From an uncultured Microthrixaceae bacterium (GTDB lineage: Bacteria; Actinomycetota; Acidimicrobiia; Acidimicrobiales; Microtrichaceae), in contig CAYVDN010000006.1 of the NCBI GenBank assembly GCA_964450685.1, positions 3,532-67,531 of the forward strand: 64,000 bases of DNA. The letters are read 5' to 3'. Within the stretch, counting starts at the first letter, position 1; every line of letters starts with the position of its first letter. The notes beneath the pieces are model-generated. The model worked only from the letters and a program-made list of their open reading frames with translations. It was not told the origin of the DNA and did no database searches. Position numbers and translations under genes: made by a program. This document shows, piece after piece, positions 63,113-64,000 of the stretch.

Positions 63113-63787
63113 TCAGGCGGTGACCACAACCGTCTTGGCGGCCAGGTCGAACGGCGTCTGGCGCAGCGGATTGCTGAAGAGGTTGACCAGCGCCCAGATC
63201 ATCAGGCCGAGGCTCAGCAGGCTGCCGATGCAGGGCACGAGGCTCACGAGGTTCGGCAGCCAACGCATGAAGGCAGGCCCCCAGCCAGGGATCTGTCCGT
63301 CGCTGTGGCGGACCACCTTGACCTTCATGGCCATCTTGCCCGGGGTCTGACCCTTGATCGCGATGAAGGCGACCTCGTATGCGACCTGGCCGACCGTCGC
63401 GACGATCATGAACATGAACATCCCGCCGATGAACAGCCCGCTCGCGGCATCAGAACCGGAGCTCGATGCCCCAAGACCGATCAGCAGGAAGTACATGGGA
63501 ACGAGGACTACCGCCATGATCAGCCAGTCGATGATCCGGGCGATTATGCGCTTGCCCGGCTCTGCAAGTGCGACCTGGTTCGGCACACCCGCGCCGTACT
63601 GGTAGGGCTGCGCGGGGATCTGTCCGCCTCCCGGGTAGCCGGCACCGTAGGGCTGGGGTGACCCGTAGGGCTGTGGTGTGCCATAGGGCTGGGGCGACCC
63701 GTAGGGCTGCGGCGACCCGTAGGGCTGCTGGTTGCCGGGCTGGGGCTGGTCGCCACCGGGTGGCGGTGGTGGGTACGAGTCGGTCAT
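63113..63787 (-). CDS. RDD-family membrane protein with (QPYGxP)n N-terminal tail
   Basis: Trimmed to ATG 63787 (MTDSYPPPPPGG...). The RDD-type core reads GKRIIARIIDWLIMAVVLVP...FIAIKGQTPGKMAMKVKVV. Confidence 0.75.
   Translation of the reverse strand: MTDSYPPPPPGGDQPQPGNQQPYGSPQPYGSPQPYGTPQPYGSPQPYGAGYPGGGQIPAQPYQYGAGVPNQVALAEPGKRIIARIIDWLIMAVVLVPMYFLLIGLGASSSGSDAASGLFIGGMFMFMIVATVGQVAYEVAFIAIKGQTPGKMAMKVKVVRHSDGQIPGWGPAFMRWLPNLVSLVPCIGSLLSLGLMIWALVNLFSNPLRQTPFDLAAKTVVVTA
63645..63734 (-). repeat. In-frame tandem repeat, 5 x 18 bp, encoding QPYG(S/T)P units of the RDD protein tail
   Basis: Plus-strand units of the form CCGTAGGGCTGnGGnGnn start at 63645, 63663, 63681, 63699 and 63717. Confidence 0.8.
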
Positions 63788-63924
63788 CGGAGTCCAGTGC
63801 GTGTCGAGAGGCGCTACCGCGATTTGCACGGTATCGGCCGTGGGTGGGGACGCGGCGGATCTATGCAATCACCCGGTCGATCACGGTTCGGGCTGCGTCG
63901 ACGGTGCCGGTAGCGTGTCGATCC

Positions 63925-64000
63925 ATGTCATCGTCAGAGGGGGAATCCCCCGCGGCCACGCCGGAGCTGTTCGACAAGATCGTCAACCTGACCAAGCGCC
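63925..64000 (+). CDS. glyQS: Glycine--tRNA ligase, 5' fragment (runs off the window)
   Basis: ATG 63925 gives MSSSEGESPAATPELFDKIVNLTKR. The FDKIVNLTKR segment matches the conserved GlyRS N-terminus (xDxIVxLxKRRGF), and the position after recO is the usual one. Confidence 0.65.
   Translation, partial: MSSSEGESPAATPELFDKIVNLTKR

Noticed and set aside
63788-63924. A possible T-box leader upstream of glyS
   Set aside because: I see no specifier-loop/T-box consensus (AGGGTGGNACCGCG-like) and no terminator/antiterminator pair. The region is also the divergent promoter for the RDD gene.

Overview
This is a very GC-rich, gene-dense chromosomal segment, mostly in translationally coupled operons. 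All product calls rest on motif recognition by eye; no searches were run. The backbone is the conserved housekeeping order typical of Actinomycetota: rsgA, selO, ppx, mscL, then cysH-sirA, aroG, a sigma factor, nadD-rsfS, tRNA-Ala and leuS. It continues with comEA-comEC-folP-holA, rpsT, lepA, hrcA-dnaJ-rsmE, phoH-ybeY-corC-era-uppS-recO and glyS.

Several accessory blocks interrupt this backbone:
- A MoxR/VWA pair followed by a PAS-GAF-GGDEF cyclase.
- An orphan PaaX regulator divergent from a GNAT-like gene.
- A fatty acyl-AMP ligase operon with a Liv-type ABC importer, whose ATPase protein carries an N-terminal 12-TM MFS domain.
- A DUF222/HNH gene.
- An 11-gene translationally chained Tad/Flp-type operon (46897-55824, minus strand). 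This is the most interesting block. It ends in a membrane-anchored pseudokinase and a polytopic LysM protein, and is flanked by a BldD-like c-di-GMP regulator and an Xis/BldC-type HTH gene.

I found no CRISPR array, rRNA, transposase or integrase, and only one tRNA. Long ORFs antisense to recognised genes were treated as high-GC shadow ORFs.
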